A DNA stretch of 64,000 nt. Source: Octopus vulgaris. Taxonomy: Eukaryota. The position numbers were made by a program, and so were the translations under genes. The notes under the pieces are model-generated. The model was not told the origin of the DNA, searched no databases, and was given only the letters and a program-made list of their open reading frames with translations. Positions 1-13,841 of this stretch are shown in pieces (position 1 is the first letter of the stretch; every line of letters starts with the position of its first letter). The stretch is from positions 98,890,001 to 98,954,000 of the forward strand of contig OX597814.1 in the NCBI GenBank assembly GCA_951406725.2, written 5' to 3'.

Positions 1-195
1 ACGATTAATTTATTGTGATATTAGAATTTTCTTATTGCTAAATCAAATTTTATCAAATTATTTCTCTGACATTCATGACTTTATACACTCCTTATGATTT
101 TCTCTTTTATCGTACCATATATTCTATATATTCTTTCTTATGATTACTACCGGATTACATCAATCCGTATATTGTGAATTAAATATATATATAAA

Positions 196-518
196 AGGGT
201 AAAGGGTTAAGACGCCCCTTTAGTCAGGGATGATCATGGGATTGCACGTAGAAAGTTCTCCTCCGAGGCACAAGTCTGGGCAAGGTTGTTTATAGAAGAC
301 CAGCAGTCGCCCAAGCATACCAGCCTCCCCTCTCCACCCCAACCATTTTATCCAAGGGAAAGGCAAAGGCCGATACAGCTTGGCACCAGTGACGCTGCAA
401 CTTATTTCTACAGCTGAGTGAACTGTAGCACCGTGAATTGAAGTGACTTGCTCAAGAACACAACACATAGCCCAGGAATCGAACCCGGCACTCTAATCAC
501 TGAGCCATGCGCCTTCAC
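196..518 (-). mobile_element. tRNA-derived SINE (family D head)
   Basis: Minus strand starts gtgaaggcgcatggctcagtgattagag...ggttcgattcc (Pol III A/B-box-like). The body (gctgagtgaactg...ttgctcaagaac) recurs at about 5.7 kb and 45.9 kb. Confidence 0.75.
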
Positions 519-779
519 ACACACACACACACACACACATGGAAGAACTTGAAGAAATTTGACAAAATATATTCAATTTGTAGCATTCATGTTTAGCATT
601 TATTTCACCAGACTATTTCAATTACTTTAGAGTTTTGAGTTGTCTGTAAGGTTAGGTTAGGTTCTGTATTCTCTGGGACGTTTGATGCAGGCTATTCATA
701 AAAAAAATCAATATGGGGAATAAAAAGAAAAAGAAAAAAGAAGCGGAATGAAAGGAAAGACAAAAACGAAACAAAACAG

Positions 780-938
780 ACATATACAGACATATACACA
801 TACGCGTATGTGTACATATATATGTATATATGTATGTATATATATATATATGAATATATACATAATATACTATGTATATATATATATATATTTATATATT
901 ACACACATATATGTATTTACTTGTGTATATATATATGC

Positions 939-1019
<81 letters not shown>

Positions 1020-1020
1020 C
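780..1020. repeat. compound (TA)n/(TATC)n microsatellite, representative of dozens of similar tracts across the window
   Basis: Directly visible. It generates the YIYI/LSIY pseudo-ORFs. Confidence 0.95.
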
Positions 1021-1545
1021 CTGCATACATGCGTACTTATTATGCAGCTAAAATCTATAAGCTCAGTAGAAACTAACAAGATTGGACAATGCGGTCAAGT
1101 TTATGACCAAAGAAGTCAGGAAAAAAGACTAAACGAATAAACGTCCTTTATTGGTGAAAGTCAGCAGAAACACAGGGTGATTGATTGATAGATAGATAGA
1201 TAGATACGGCTAAATGATATAAACAGGAAGGAATAAAGAGAAGTAGTAGTTGGAGAAAGGTAGAAGAGGAAGTTAAGGGAAAATATAGGAAGAAAAGGAA
1301 GAGCATGAAGATGATGAAGAACGAAACGTCGAAGAGAATCAGAGAAAAGGAGGAACAAAATATAGCTGGAAGGATGAACATTCTCTCTGATGATAAATAT
1401 TTACTATACACAGATATACATGTATTCAAATATGTACATACATATGTATGTGTGTATGTACTGCGTATATGTGTATCTATATAAACATATATAGATATAC
1501 ATATAAATACATAGGTACATATATGTATGTATGTATGTATGTATT

Positions 1546-1653
1546 GAAATTGCGAGGATGATCCGTTTCTTGACTGAAGATTAGAGGCTTCGAATGACCC
1601 GTCCGTTTTTTTGTGTCGTTTATTTGAATGTTTTGCGTTCCTGTCCCATTTTG

Positions 1654-1660
<7 letters not shown>
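1546..1660. mobile_element. short interspersed repeat (family F) between (TATG)n and (TA)n tracts
   Basis: gaaattgcgaggat...ttcttgactgaaga...cgaatgac.cgtcc...ttttgcgttc.tgtcccattttgtatt matches the element at 41358-41617. Confidence 0.75.
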
Positions 1661-1752
<92 letters not shown>

Positions 1753-1837
1753 TGTATGTATGTATGTGTGTATATAGTTGTCAGCTGTTTTTATTATTGT
1801 CGAACTGACAATAATAACAACAGCTACAACCTCTCTA

Positions 1838-1891
<54 letters not shown>

Positions 1892-2054
1892 TCATGGAGC
1901 TTACGCAATGATGAGAGGTAAACAAATTTAAGGTTAAGTCAAATATTTCTGTGGCATATTTTAAAATCTAAATCTAATTGCATTTTACCGTCGACAGTTT
2001 TTTTTTTACCTATAGTAAAGTGTGAGAAAGCATCGTATTTGCTCAGTGTCGGAA

Positions 2055-2095
2055 TCCTAGAGGCGTTTCTGCATCCTTAGTTTTCGTCGGTAGGA
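2055..2095 (-). ncRNA. degenerate minimal type-I hammerhead ribozyme-like motif (CCGACGA core)
   Basis: Minus: tccta CCGACGA aaactaaggatgca GAAA cgcc TC tagga. Stem I is 5 bp (tccta/tagga), stem II is decayed, and stem III is one change from palindromic acgcgt. Confidence 0.5.
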
Positions 2096-2946
2096 GATGC
2101 CGAAGAGCGATAGCGCTGGTCTGATAGAAGCTGTAGTTTTATCTTTGAATAGTTTTTAACAGTGGTTCACAGACAGTTGTGTCACGATAAATATAATAGC
2201 AGTTAAAAACCATGTTGGTGGGATGCAAACTTCTTAACATACAACCACGACTGCACTTTATTTTTCGGTAATGAAGTAAATTTAATGGAGAGCATCGTTA
2301 ATTACTTGCAATACTATTATATTGTTCCAAGCCTAGTTTATGAACCGCTTTATTGAATTGCTACTTTACAAATTTAGAAATTACTTTACAGATTTACAAA
2401 TAACTACTTTACAAATATTTCGGGAGATAATCGTACGATTAGCTGTGACTACAGCTGAATTTGTCCGCTTACTTTTTAATAGTATTTGTACTTATATACG
2501 TTTCCATTCTGTGACTTTTCAACCAGCTTTTGACATTTCATGGCGTTTAGCATCGCTGTCACAATCGCATATAATAATTTAGATAAATTCCTATGTGTCT
2601 TATTTCCTTTCAAATGACAACGGTTCTGAATTTGTCTCTATGAATTCATCTAGTTTTCAGAAACTCAATTGTATGGCGATATGATATTACATTAGTTGTA
2701 TATATATATATATATGTATATATACTGCATGTATACATGCATATACATAAGCATATATGTATATATATGTATATGTATATTATATATATGTATGTATATA
2801 TATATATATCCATACACACGCGCACACACATACACACATATATAGATAGATACATGCATAAATATATACACGCATATATGTATGCCAGCGTGTATATATA
2901 TATATATATATATATATACATACACACACACATATATGTATATATA

Positions 2947-3026
<80 letters not shown>

Positions 3027-3477
3027 TGTACGTATATATATATGTATATACACAGACAAATATTCAGAGGGAGGGAAAGAGAGAAAGAGGAGAGAGGAGA
3101 AAAGAGAGATAGAAAGTGTGGGAGAGAGAGATAGAGAGTTATTGATAACGACAGGCACAGATAAGGCCCCAGTATCTATACACAAGTTTGGTAATATTCT
3201 ATCGGTCTCTTTGCTGAACCGCTATGATACGAGAATTTAAATAAGCCAACTGTAATTATCTTCTAACTGAACATCGTAACCATCAGAATCGAACCCCGAA
3301 ACTTGAAGCAACGATTTGTAAAGCTTTGCGTACATATATGAATAAAACACACATACACACACACACACAAACACACGAACATGCAAATTTACACACACGT
3401 ATGTAAATGTTTGTGTGTATGTGCGCGAGGATTTTCATTTGTGTATTTATGTATATCTATGTGTTTACATACAAGAC

Positions 3478-3522
<45 letters not shown>

Positions 3523-3528
3523 TGTGTG

Positions 3529-3593
<65 letters not shown>

Positions 3594-4382
3594 ACGGATA
3601 AAAGGAAAGAGGTAATATAGACTGAGAAAAAGGAAAAATTGAAGCAAAGGGAAATAAAAAGGAGAGGATAAATATAAAAAAAATATATATGGAAATATAT
3701 GACAGATAGAGAATAAAATAAAACCGCCCCAAATAAAAATGAAATGGAAACAATATAATAATTTAAGAACAGTAAAAATAAAAGAACGGCATAAAAACAC
3801 AAAACAATTGGGAAATGTTGTAAAGATAAGTTAACAAATACAAATTATGGCGACGAATGAAGAAACCTTCAAAATATGTCGTTTTTATAGTATTACTCAT
3901 GACAGCTGTCTTTTCATTGCACCATCTCACTTTCTTTCTCCTTGCTGTCCAGGCTCCTACCGGACCAAAGTGAATAGCGCAGAATTCAAAATGTATATTT
4001 AGTTGCTGGTCTGTTACACCGAAGAAGCCTGTGAGACGCCGTAAATGTCAGAATAATATCTTTGAAATTGCCTCTCTTCCCTACCTCGTTTTGCATTACT
4101 TTGGATTTTTTTTTACGAGTAATTATTAGTGCACTTCTTAATCACAGAAATTTTCTCCTTAATGTTGACTCTGATATCTAACAATTATTGCCAATACAAT
4201 AACGCAGCAAATTTGTTTCCGAAAATCACCTGTTGTAATTGCTGTTCATGTCTCAAAGAATTCAAATATGTAGCAAGCAAATGAATAAAATGGATTGGAA
4301 AAGACGTTCGTTATCATACATATATATTTACATTTGTACATGTATGTTCCTATGTATGTATGTATGTGTGCGTGTGTGCGCA

Positions 4383-4886
4383 CCGTAAATCCTCGAGTAT
4401 GATCCGCATTTTTTCCCCAAAATTTAAAGGTCAAAATCCCTAGTGCGTACTATATATGAGGTTAAAAATGAAAATTATTTTCCAAGCAATGTCCGACTCT
4501 CTATTTGCTCTCCGGCAATGTTTATTCAGAGGCATTTTGTAATGTCGGGCGTGAAAATACCTTAAGCTAAGCCTAAAAGCAATGAAGTAAAAAAAGAATC
4601 ACCCATAACTTGCAGTAAGCAACATTTATTAAAGGTTATTACTGTTATTTCTTTATTTTCTGCAAATAAAATGCACAAAAAAAGCTACACGTTTGCATTA
4701 TACAATAATAATAAAGGACGTTACCAAATACATTTTTGCAAACCAAGGATGTTATATAGACCTCCTTGACTCAAGTTAGAGAAGGGGTACGTATTATACA
4801 CAAGGTTTAGGTTTTTCAGAGGTACAGCCCCCTAAAATTCCCCTGCATATTATACTCAAGGGCAGACTATACTCGAGGATTTACGG
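4383..4886. mobile_element. MITE / non-autonomous DNA transposon (Tc1-mariner superfamily, pogo/Tc2-like TIRs)
   Basis: Perfect 18-bp TIRs ccgtaaatcctcgagtat / atactcgaggatttacgg. TA flank on the right and CA on the left. No ORF. Confidence 0.85.
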
Positions 4887-4939
4887 TATGTATGTATGTA
4901 AATACATATAGATATATGAACACATATATTAATCCATTA

Positions 4940-5148
4940 CTCTAAAGGCGAAAGGTCTGAAATTTTTGTGGTGGGCTTGTTGATTACATTGACTCTAGTG
5001 TGCAACTGGTATTTTATTGACCCTGAAAGGACGAAAGGCAAAAATCGATCTCGGTGCAATTTGAACTTAGAATGTAAAGTGTCGAAAGAAATGTCGCTGA
5101 GCGTTTTTTGTCCAGCGCGCTAATGATTCTGCCAACTTGCTGTCTTAA
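4940..5148 (-). mobile_element. SINE family A (tRNA-like head plus Nin/Deu-like central domain)
   Basis: ggtattttattgaccctgaaaggacgaaaggcaaaaatcgatctcggtgcaatttgaacttagaa is the reverse complement of the family-A body at 51.3-51.7 kb. Confidence 0.75.
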
Positions 5149-5296
5149 TGACATACATTAATAATCTTATCTGCAATAGCGACAGTACTAATCACTTAAA
5201 CTGGCGGGAAGTTGTGGAAGAGGAACGCTCAAGAAGACATGGGACGAAATATTGAAGACCGATATGTATATATACGTATACATATATATACATATA

Positions 5297-5358
<62 letters not shown>

Positions 5359-5385
5359 TATATAAGTGCATATATATATATAAAT

Positions 5386-5458
<73 letters not shown>

Positions 5459-5479
5459 AGTATACGTGTATAAATATGC

Positions 5480-5568
<89 letters not shown>

Positions 5569-5639
5569 TTGAAATATACAGAAATAATTCTTTTTATTCT
5601 CAAATGCATGATAATACTAAAAAAAAGTGTGAAGAGGAT

Positions 5640-5844
5640 AAATTATCCACACATTGCAGAAAAATACGCTACCAGCCGGGAGATTCAGTGTGACACAAAT
5701 ACAAATAATTTTTACCAGCCGTGTGAAATGGACCAACATGAGGTAAAGCGTCATGCTCAAGGATACAACGCACCGCTGGGAATCGAACTCACGATATTAT
5801 GATCGTTAGCTGAATATCATAATCACTAAGCCACGCGCTTTCAC
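5640..5844 (-). mobile_element. decayed tRNA-derived SINE (family D head)
   Basis: gctcaaggatacaacgcaccgctgggaatcgaactcacgat...aatcactaagccacgcgctttcac is similar to 440-518. Confidence 0.65.
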
Positions 5845-5996
5845 ACACACACACATACATACTCACGCGTGCAAACTTTTTTCGCTATCGGTATTACTTA
5901 ACCGTGCTGTTATCTAATATCCAGTTTTAATATCCAGTGCAAAAGCAATTGACAAGATCGGCCGTAATAGCTCTCTCTCTCCTCTCTCTCTGTCCC

Positions 5997-6079
<83 letters not shown>

Positions 6080-6178
6080 TTGTTAACATACATTTTAATA
6101 TATATATATGTTGCATAAATATATGTATGTGCATATCTATACATCAATAAATCAATCAATCAATCAGTCAATCAACCA

Positions 6179-6264
<86 letters not shown>

Positions 6265-6297
6265 TTTCAATCCTGATAATTCACAACATCGCCATAG

Positions 6298-6450
6298 CTA
6301 CGTTCTGAGTTCAAATTCCACCGAGGTCAACTTTGCCTTTCATCCTTTCGGGGTCGATTAAATAAGTACCAGTTCCGCACTGGGGTCGATATAATCGACT
6401 TAATTCGTTTGTCCTTGTTCGTCCCCCCTTGTGGGTAGTAAAGAAATAGG
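6298..6450 (+). mobile_element. SINE family A fragment
   Basis: gttctgagttcaaattccaccgaggtcaactttgcctttcatcctttcggggtcgattaaataagtaccag. Confidence 0.8.
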
Positions 6451-6486
6451 CATTTTATTAATTTACTAAATCAGCTTTAAAAATAT

Positions 6487-6879
6487 TTAGCAGTATCGCC
6501 CGGCGTTGCTCGGGTTTGTAAGGGAAATAACTATATAAACACTTTTAGTGAGTTATAGCCAAAAAATAGCAAAAAATGCATTAATGGAAAACAAATGATG
6601 GTAATTTTTTTAAAAATCGTTGACTCATCGTAGACATTTTTAGAGAGTTACTTCCCTTATATAATAGCGAAAAAATGCATTAAAATGGGAAAAAATGATG
6701 GTAAATTAGTTTTAAAATCGTAGACTCATCATAGACAGGCGCTAATACCCAGAAGGGCTCGATATGAATCACGACTATAAGATACCCGGTTTTGGTTAAA
6801 CTGCACCGCAAAATGTGGGAGTAGTTAGGAATCTAAATTGTAGGAGACAGACACACAACCTTACTTTTATATATAAAGA
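6487..6879 (-). mobile_element. non-autonomous Helitron-type element, unit 2 of tandem dimer
   Basis: Minus 5'-TC(tttatatataaaag) start. Subterminal hairpin cccgagcaacgccggg, then ...ctgCTAA end. Contains an internal duplication. Confidence 0.75.
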
Positions 6880-7384
6880 CTAGCAGTATCGCCCGGCGTT
6901 GCTCGGGTTTGTAAGGGAAATAACTATATAAGCATTTTTAGAGAGTTACTTCCCTTATAAATTCGGGCTTTCTTAGCCATTTTTGTTTTGGTGTCTTCAA
7001 GCCATGAAGTCGTTGTTCTAAAAGAACGCTGGTTTCCTTCACAACGCATTACGACGTTGATTTCTTTACACTCCCTTCCCCACAGCTTCACGAGGGAGGG
7101 AAGGGGAGAAGCAAACAGGTGCAACTGTGAGCGTGGACGCCAACTCCGCCGCCATCGACACACGATGCATTTTATGCATTAAAATGGAATAAAAAATGAT
7201 GTTAAATTATTTTTAAAATCGTAGACTCATCGTTGACGCGCGCTAATAGTCAGACGGGCTCGATATGAATCACGACTATAAGATACCCGAATTTGGTTAA
7301 ATTGCACCGCAAAATGTGGGAGGAGTTAGGAATCTAAATCGAAGGGGACAGACACTCACACAACTAGAGTTTTATATATATAGA
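6880..7384 (-). mobile_element. non-autonomous Helitron-type element, unit 1 of tandem dimer
   Basis: A|TCtatatatataaaac 5' end at 7384. Hairpin cccgagcaacgccggg followed by CTAG 3' end at 6880. Confidence 0.8.
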
Positions 7385-8041
7385 TATGAATAAATTTCTA
7401 AAGCAGGCATGCTGTATAACAAAGTGATAAAGAAAAGATAAATGGAAGATAGACTTTCTGAATAGTTCCTTTCTTTACTGATTCCGTTTTTAAAAACTAA
7501 TATTACTTAACGTCTGTATTTTTATCATACACTGATAAAGTTGGTGTAATACTGAACTGGAAAAAGAATGTAATAAAAGGAAAATGAATGAAAAAATAAA
7601 AAATACCAGCAACGACTAGACTCTCACTACTTGTCTAATCCGTTACCCACAGTGTCGGAACGAGAACCAGGAAACATCATCTGTTCGTTGCTTAATCCGT
7701 CACGGACCTACACTTTTGAGAGATCAACGACAAATCATCGAATTATATACACAGTAAGTCTGTCTGGCTCTCGTCTTAATTCAGTATGAAATAATATAAA
7801 AGTGCTTCAGACCAAATAAACGAAATAAGCAAAAACTTGATTGCTATCAAAATGGAAGTGTTTGATGTTTATTTGGATAACAGCCAGTGAATATCAAACA
7901 CACGCAGACACAGGGACAGAGACACACACACACGTACACACACATGCACACATATATCTTTTATTTATGCATGTATATATTGTATATATGCATACACGTA
8001 CACATATATACATACACACACGCACACAAATAAATACATAC

Positions 8042-8123
<82 letters not shown>

Positions 8124-8269
8124 TTATATATGTTATATGTGTACGCTCACATAGATATATGTATATACATCTATATCCGTATATATACACGTGTGCACAT
8201 ATACATACGCACACATGTATATATGCATATATATACGTATTTATGTAAATATATTGTGTTCACACTCAC

Positions 8270-8312
<43 letters not shown>

Positions 8313-8904
8313 TCTATGAACATATATGCATAGATATGTAGTAATGTACACACATGTACACGCACACACTCATACACACAAACGAATATATATTTGCACA
8401 GACACACATACACACTTATATATTCACATGGACATCCATTTTTATGTCATGCATATAAGTATTTATGTAAGGAAAAGCAAGTGAAAGCGTTTGTAAAGAA
8501 TATGTCAAAATCTTCCACTTTTGCCGCCTTGTTCTCTGGTGGTATCTGAATACACGATTTCTTAGGCCTTCTGCCAAGATGTCAGCATTATAACATTACA
8601 ATATTCCCTGATATAGCATCAGGGAATAAAGTCATATAAAACCTAGTCGTGTAGGAAACAAAGAATTTGTCTGACTGGCGCTGGTTTTCGTTATTGAAAA
8701 CGATCCAATTAAATATGAATAATATATGTAAAGTGTTTTTATTTGTGTATACAGAATGCACATGTTTGTTCGTGTACAGGTGATTTATTTTGTTAACTCT
8801 CTGCTGCTGCACTTGTTTGCGACTGAAGCTAGGAAAACCTTATTGTGTGCTTACATTTTTTGTTTGTATAATGAATTCTAAAGAAGAATCGTTTACACAA
8901 CAGG

Positions 8905-9205
8905 CAAAAACGCTTAGCGACTTTTCGTTTGATTTTATGTTCTGAGTTCAAATTTCGTCGAGTATTATTTATAACTTTATAAAGCGGTGAGCAGGCAGAA
9001 TCGTTTGAACGTCACGCAAAATGCATATCGACATTTCGTTCGTCTTTACGTTCTGAGTTCAAATTCCTCGGAGGTCGATTTTGCCTTTCACCCTGTCGGG
9101 TTCGATAAAAAAAGTAACTACTTGAACTCTGGGGTCGAGGTAATGGCGTAAACGACTAATTATCTCAACTGCAATTGCTGACCTTGTACCAACATTTGAA
9201 ACCAT
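8905..9205 (+). mobile_element. SINE family A (one partial plus one longer copy)
   Basis: gcaggcagaatcgtt...ttctgagttcaaattcctcggaggtcgattttgcctttcaccctgtcgggttcgataaaa. Confidence 0.7.
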
Positions 9206-9419
9206 TATTCATATCTTTACATAACCATATAGTTTTAATTAGGTATACACACATATATATATTATATTTATTCACTAAAACCACTATATTCACTGCGGTA
9301 TTATTTTGATCAAAACTGCACATGGCTGATATGAATAATGGGGTTTGGAGTTATGGGGAGCATGGAGCAAACCCTTAATTACCATTAACCCCAGATCTGT
9401 TTTGGCCCGTTTTGGAACG

Positions 9420-9453
<34 letters not shown>

Positions 9454-9749
9454 CATACATACATATATACATACATCTATACGTACATATATATATATAT
9501 ATATAAGTATGTATGTATATGTATATATATATATGTATATTATAAACATATATACTTACACCGTACATTTTTGCAGCCCATTCATCAAGATGATCATTAA
9601 TAATCTAAATGTATTATAGCATCACCGCTGATAATCATAAGATCACAGTTTGAGTACTTGTTCGAACTGCTTTCGAATATGATCAATTCAATCAGCGTTT
9701 ACAAACATCGCTAAAATTGTTAATGGCTATAATAATAATAATTTGTTTT

Positions 9750-9952
9750 TCATTTTGGTCATTAGTTTTGAGGAGATGGTACAAGTCGAGTACGTCAATC
9801 CCAGTACTTGGCTGGCGTTTAATTTTATCGACCTTGAAAAGATGAATGGCAAAGCTGACCTCGGCGGCATTTGAGCTCAGAACATATAGAACCGGAAGAA
9901 ATTCCACAAAGCATTCTATCCGATGTGCTGACGAATCTACCAACTTTTCACC
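9750..9952 (-). mobile_element. SINE family A
   Basis: ttttatcgaccttgaaaagatgaatggcaaagctgacctcggcggcatttgagctcagaac. Confidence 0.7.
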
Positions 9953-10711
9953 TTCTAGATATTGTGTAACAAGACGTAAAATTACCTCGTGTTAATAAGA
10001 TTAATTAGTTTATTAATCCATTTTATACTATTACATTCATTATTATGGAATCAACGATATAGTGAAAGCACTTACATATAATGGTAGAATATTTATTCTG
10101 TGGTGGCTTTACTACAATCTCGTGGAATATTCGATAATATAAATACAAGTTAATTCTATGTCTAGCAATCTCATAATATTAATTGAGAAAGGTCCTTTCA
10201 ATGGACAGTTGTGGTTAATGTTAAAGTTATTTTAAGTATCGGATGTAATAGGTACTTGACAAGTTTTGCCTATTCGTGATTATTATTAGTAAATAATTTG
10301 CAATAATTTTGTCCAAGTACCTTATTCCTATTTTACGATCATATTAAGTGTTTATAAGCTATATGTAATTTAATTAAGCGTTGTTCTGTTAGGATAGCAT
10401 TCCAGTACACAATGATATTCTAGTATTCAATAAGGAGTGAGATAAACAATTAAATATATAATGCATTATGTTTCTTATGAAAGTGATTCTTAGACTTAAT
10501 CTGTAATAATTTTGGAAGAGTGAATTACTGGGAAGGGGTTAATTGAACTAGTTATTTATTGGAATGATACAGTGTTATCTCTATTTCCTTGTAGATATTA
10601 TGCACCATTGTAATAATATCTATACGAGTTTTCTTACAACCAAAGCTTTGTGACTGCATTTGGGAGACGGGAATTGGATGAAGCCAGTCGGATATATATA
10701 TATATATATAT

Positions 10712-11010
10712 ATCACCGTGACCGTGACCGACCAGGCTATCATATGTTACTACACATCGCTGGTCACAATGCGCCTCTCATTGTTTTAGCCTTCAAATGA
10801 CGTCACCCCGCGAGCAGGCCAAGAGAGGAAAGAGTGAGAGGAAGTTGTGGCGAAAGAGTACAGCAGGGATCGTCACCACGCCTGCCGGAGCTTCGTGGAG
10901 CTTTAGGTGTTTTTGCTCAATAAATACTCACAACGCCCGGTCTAGGAATCGAAACTACGATTCTACGACCGCGAGTCCGCTGCCCTAACCACTGATCTAT
11001 TGCGCCTCCA
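10712..11010 (-). mobile_element. tRNA-derived SINE family C, tail type 1
   Basis: Head gtggaggcgcaat...gtggttagggcagcggactcgcggtcgtag...gtttcgattcc. The tail ...gcctggtcggtcacggtga is shared with 51852-52156. Confidence 0.8.
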
Positions 11011-11030
11011 CACACACACACACTCACACA

Positions 11031-11140
<110 letters not shown>

Positions 11141-11317
11141 AATAGTAGAATATTCATTCTGTGGTGGCTTAACTACATTCTTGTTGAACATTTGATATGA
11201 ACAGACGTAATGTTAATTCTATGTCTAGCAATTTTATGATATTAATCAAATGAGTGAGAAAGTTCCTTTCAATGGACAATTGTGGATAATGTTAAAGTTA
11301 TTTTAAGTATCTAATGT

Positions 11318-11512
11318 GTGTGTTTGTTTTCCCCACCACTTGACAACCGGTGTTGGTTTGTTTACTACCCCGTAACTTAGCGATTCGGCAAAAAAACCCC
11401 GATAGAATAAGCACCGACATTAAAAACATAAGTACAGGTGTCTATTCATTCGACTAAATCTTCTTCAAGCTTGGCTGCAGTCTAATGTCTGAAACAAGTA
11501 AAAGAGAAAAGA
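11318..11512 (+). mobile_element. SINE family B, 3' half
   Basis: cttgacaaccggtgttggtttgtttac...gtaacttagcg.ttcggcaaaa...gatagaataag...ctgaaacaagtaaaagag. Confidence 0.75.
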
Positions 11513-11547
11513 GATTAAAAAATATGCATACAAACATAGTGACATTA

Positions 11548-12109
11548 AATAATAAGGGTAGAAATTGATGTTAATCGATTAAAACCAGTAGCTTAGCATA
11601 TTTAAAAATCCGAAAATTAAAAAATTGTGTTACATACAAAATTAAGAGGAATGACCACTAAAGTGGACACCCTTTATGCTAAACATAGACGTCAAATCGC
11701 CATTACCACAAAGAATGTATTCTCAAGAAAAAAGTCTCAGCAAAACGCCAAAATGTAAAAATGAGCAATACAAATGAAAATATACGAAATAAAAACGATT
11801 ACATACGTACCATTGGTTTCACTTGTTATATCTACGCATATAAACACGTATATATCTGCAAGATCGTCAGCGTAGTCTGTCGCTTACAAAACACAATTTC
11901 CAGAACTAGACACAGAACGCTCAACCGAAATAGAGCATGTATAAAGTTCTACAATTTATATTTGGGTGTATTTTTTCAAATGCCTTCACTTTGGCGCGCT
12001 GAGGCCGGAAATTACTCTGCAGTTAATAAACTTCAGCAGCCAATTTACCAGTTAGAGAACTTTTTTTTTTTTTAACTAAAATTGAATAATAAGGGTAGAA
12101 ATTGATGTT
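11548..12109 (-). mobile_element. 537-bp-period unit bounded by 25-bp direct repeats, containing a hammerhead motif (PLE pLTR or retrozyme-like)
   Basis: aataataagggtagaaattgatgtt is identical at 11548-11572 and 12085-12109. Hammerhead motif at 11804-11874. Confidence 0.55.
11804..11874 (-). ncRNA. type-I hammerhead ribozyme-like motif
   Basis: Minus: tacg CTGACGA tcttg-(loop)-caagt GAAA ccaatgg TA cgta. Stem I tacg/cgta, stem II cttg/caag, stem III acc/ggt, GUA cleavage triplet. Confidence 0.65.
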
Positions 12110-12535
12110 GCACTTAAGGACTTAGGTTGCACCTAAGGACTAACGGACTTCTACATGATTGAAAAGTTGAATTGTTAACTTTTATGCTTCTTTTTTCTTC
12201 TCCTTCTTCATACCTTTACTCCTTTTCTCCTGTCCTCCATGCCGTCATTTCATTAATCTATATGTGCGTGTACATATAAATATATATCTTGAAAGATTTC
12301 CTCACCTATTCCTTAAAATTGGTTAGATATAAAATCATGTCAGTCCAAGGTGATCTTTTTAAATGTCAGGGCGGACATGAAGGAACTTTATAGGTGAGAT
12401 TAGTTGGGGAGTTTCGTTGGTCACGAGATCCAGTTGTCAGTACAGCAATCATCATGTACTTCATCTGATGATAGTACTGGCGTGAAATCTGAACCGCGAG
12501 AAAAAACTTCCATTTTCAGTTTTAATAAAATAAAA

Positions 12536-12606
<71 letters not shown>

Positions 12607-12642
12607 AGATAGATATACATATACATATATATGCATATATAT

Positions 12643-12847
12643 ACTCTTTTACTCCTTGTTTCAGTCATTTGACTGCGGCCATGCTGGAGCACCGCCTTTA
12701 GTTGAGCAAATCGACCCCGGGACTTATTCTTTGTAAGCCTAGTAGTTATTCTACCGGTCTCTTTTGCCGAACCGCTAAGTTACGGGGACGTAAACACACC
12801 AGCATCGGTTGTCAAGCAATATTGGGAGGACAAACACAGACACACAA

Positions 12848-12897
<50 letters not shown>

Positions 12898-13100
12898 ACA
12901 CATACACACACACATATATATATATATACATATACATATATACGACGGGCTTCTTTCAGTTTCCGTCTACCAAATCCACTCACAAGGCTTTGGTCGTCCC
13001 GAGGCTCTAGTAGGAGACACTTGCCTAAGGTGTCACGCAGTGGGACTGAACCCGAAACCATGTGGTTGGTAAGCAAGCTGCTTACCACATAGCTACTCCA
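12643..13100 (-). mobile_element. SINE family B, near full length, with internal (CA)/(TA) microsatellite
   Basis: Minus head gctatgtggtaag...ggttcagtccc, body ctgaaagaagcccgtcgtata..., tail ...gactgaaacaaggagtaaaagag. Many copies in the window. Confidence 0.85.
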
Positions 13101-13119
13101 CATACAAATCGCTGTACAC

Positions 13120-13199
<80 letters not shown>

Positions 13200-13841
13200 T
13201 CGAACAAAATGTCTAGCATTTCGCACGTTTGTCCTTCATATGAGAGAAACATAGAAAAGAGGAGAAACAGAAGGGTGAGAGAGAAAGAGAAGGAGAGAAA
13301 GATAGAGCGAGAGAGCGAGAGAGGAACAGAGGGAGATAGAAGGTGAGTGAGAAAGAGAAAGTGTTTGAAGACAAAGAAGGGAAAGAAAAAAATGAGTAAA
13401 AGAAAACTTAGCGAAGCAGGGAAAAGTATTTGATCAGGAGTTTGTTCTTATGAATAGGTAGAAATAGTTATGCGGGTAAGATTTATATTATTATGTATAT
13501 GTGTGAATTGGGTGTGGTCGTGTATTTACATGTATAAGCACTGGGGTGTAGTTTTTGGGGAGCCAACATGTATTTGTGTGTGTGTGAGTGTGTGTGAACA
13601 GAAATGCATGCGGCGTGCGTGCATGTTGTGTATGTATGCGGGAAGCGTGTGTCACGATGTATGTTGAGTAAGTGTTATGGGTGTGCATGTGTGCATGAGT
13701 GGATATGTGCACGTGCATGCGTGCATGGTGCATATATCTATGAAAGTGTGTATAGATGTATGTGAGAACAATATGGTTTTATGTGTGTACGCTATATTTT
13801 GCTAGCTAGAAAATCTCTGTAAGGGATGAAACTAGCTATTT

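Noticed and set aside
8602-8628. 11-bp perfect hairpin tattccctgat-atagc-atcagggaata
   Set aside because: It is isolated, and such stems are expected occasionally in 64 kb of AT-rich DNA. There is no supporting context.
12400-12495. CTGATGA...GAAA hammerhead candidate at about 12465
   Set aside because: No convincing stem I/III or UH site.
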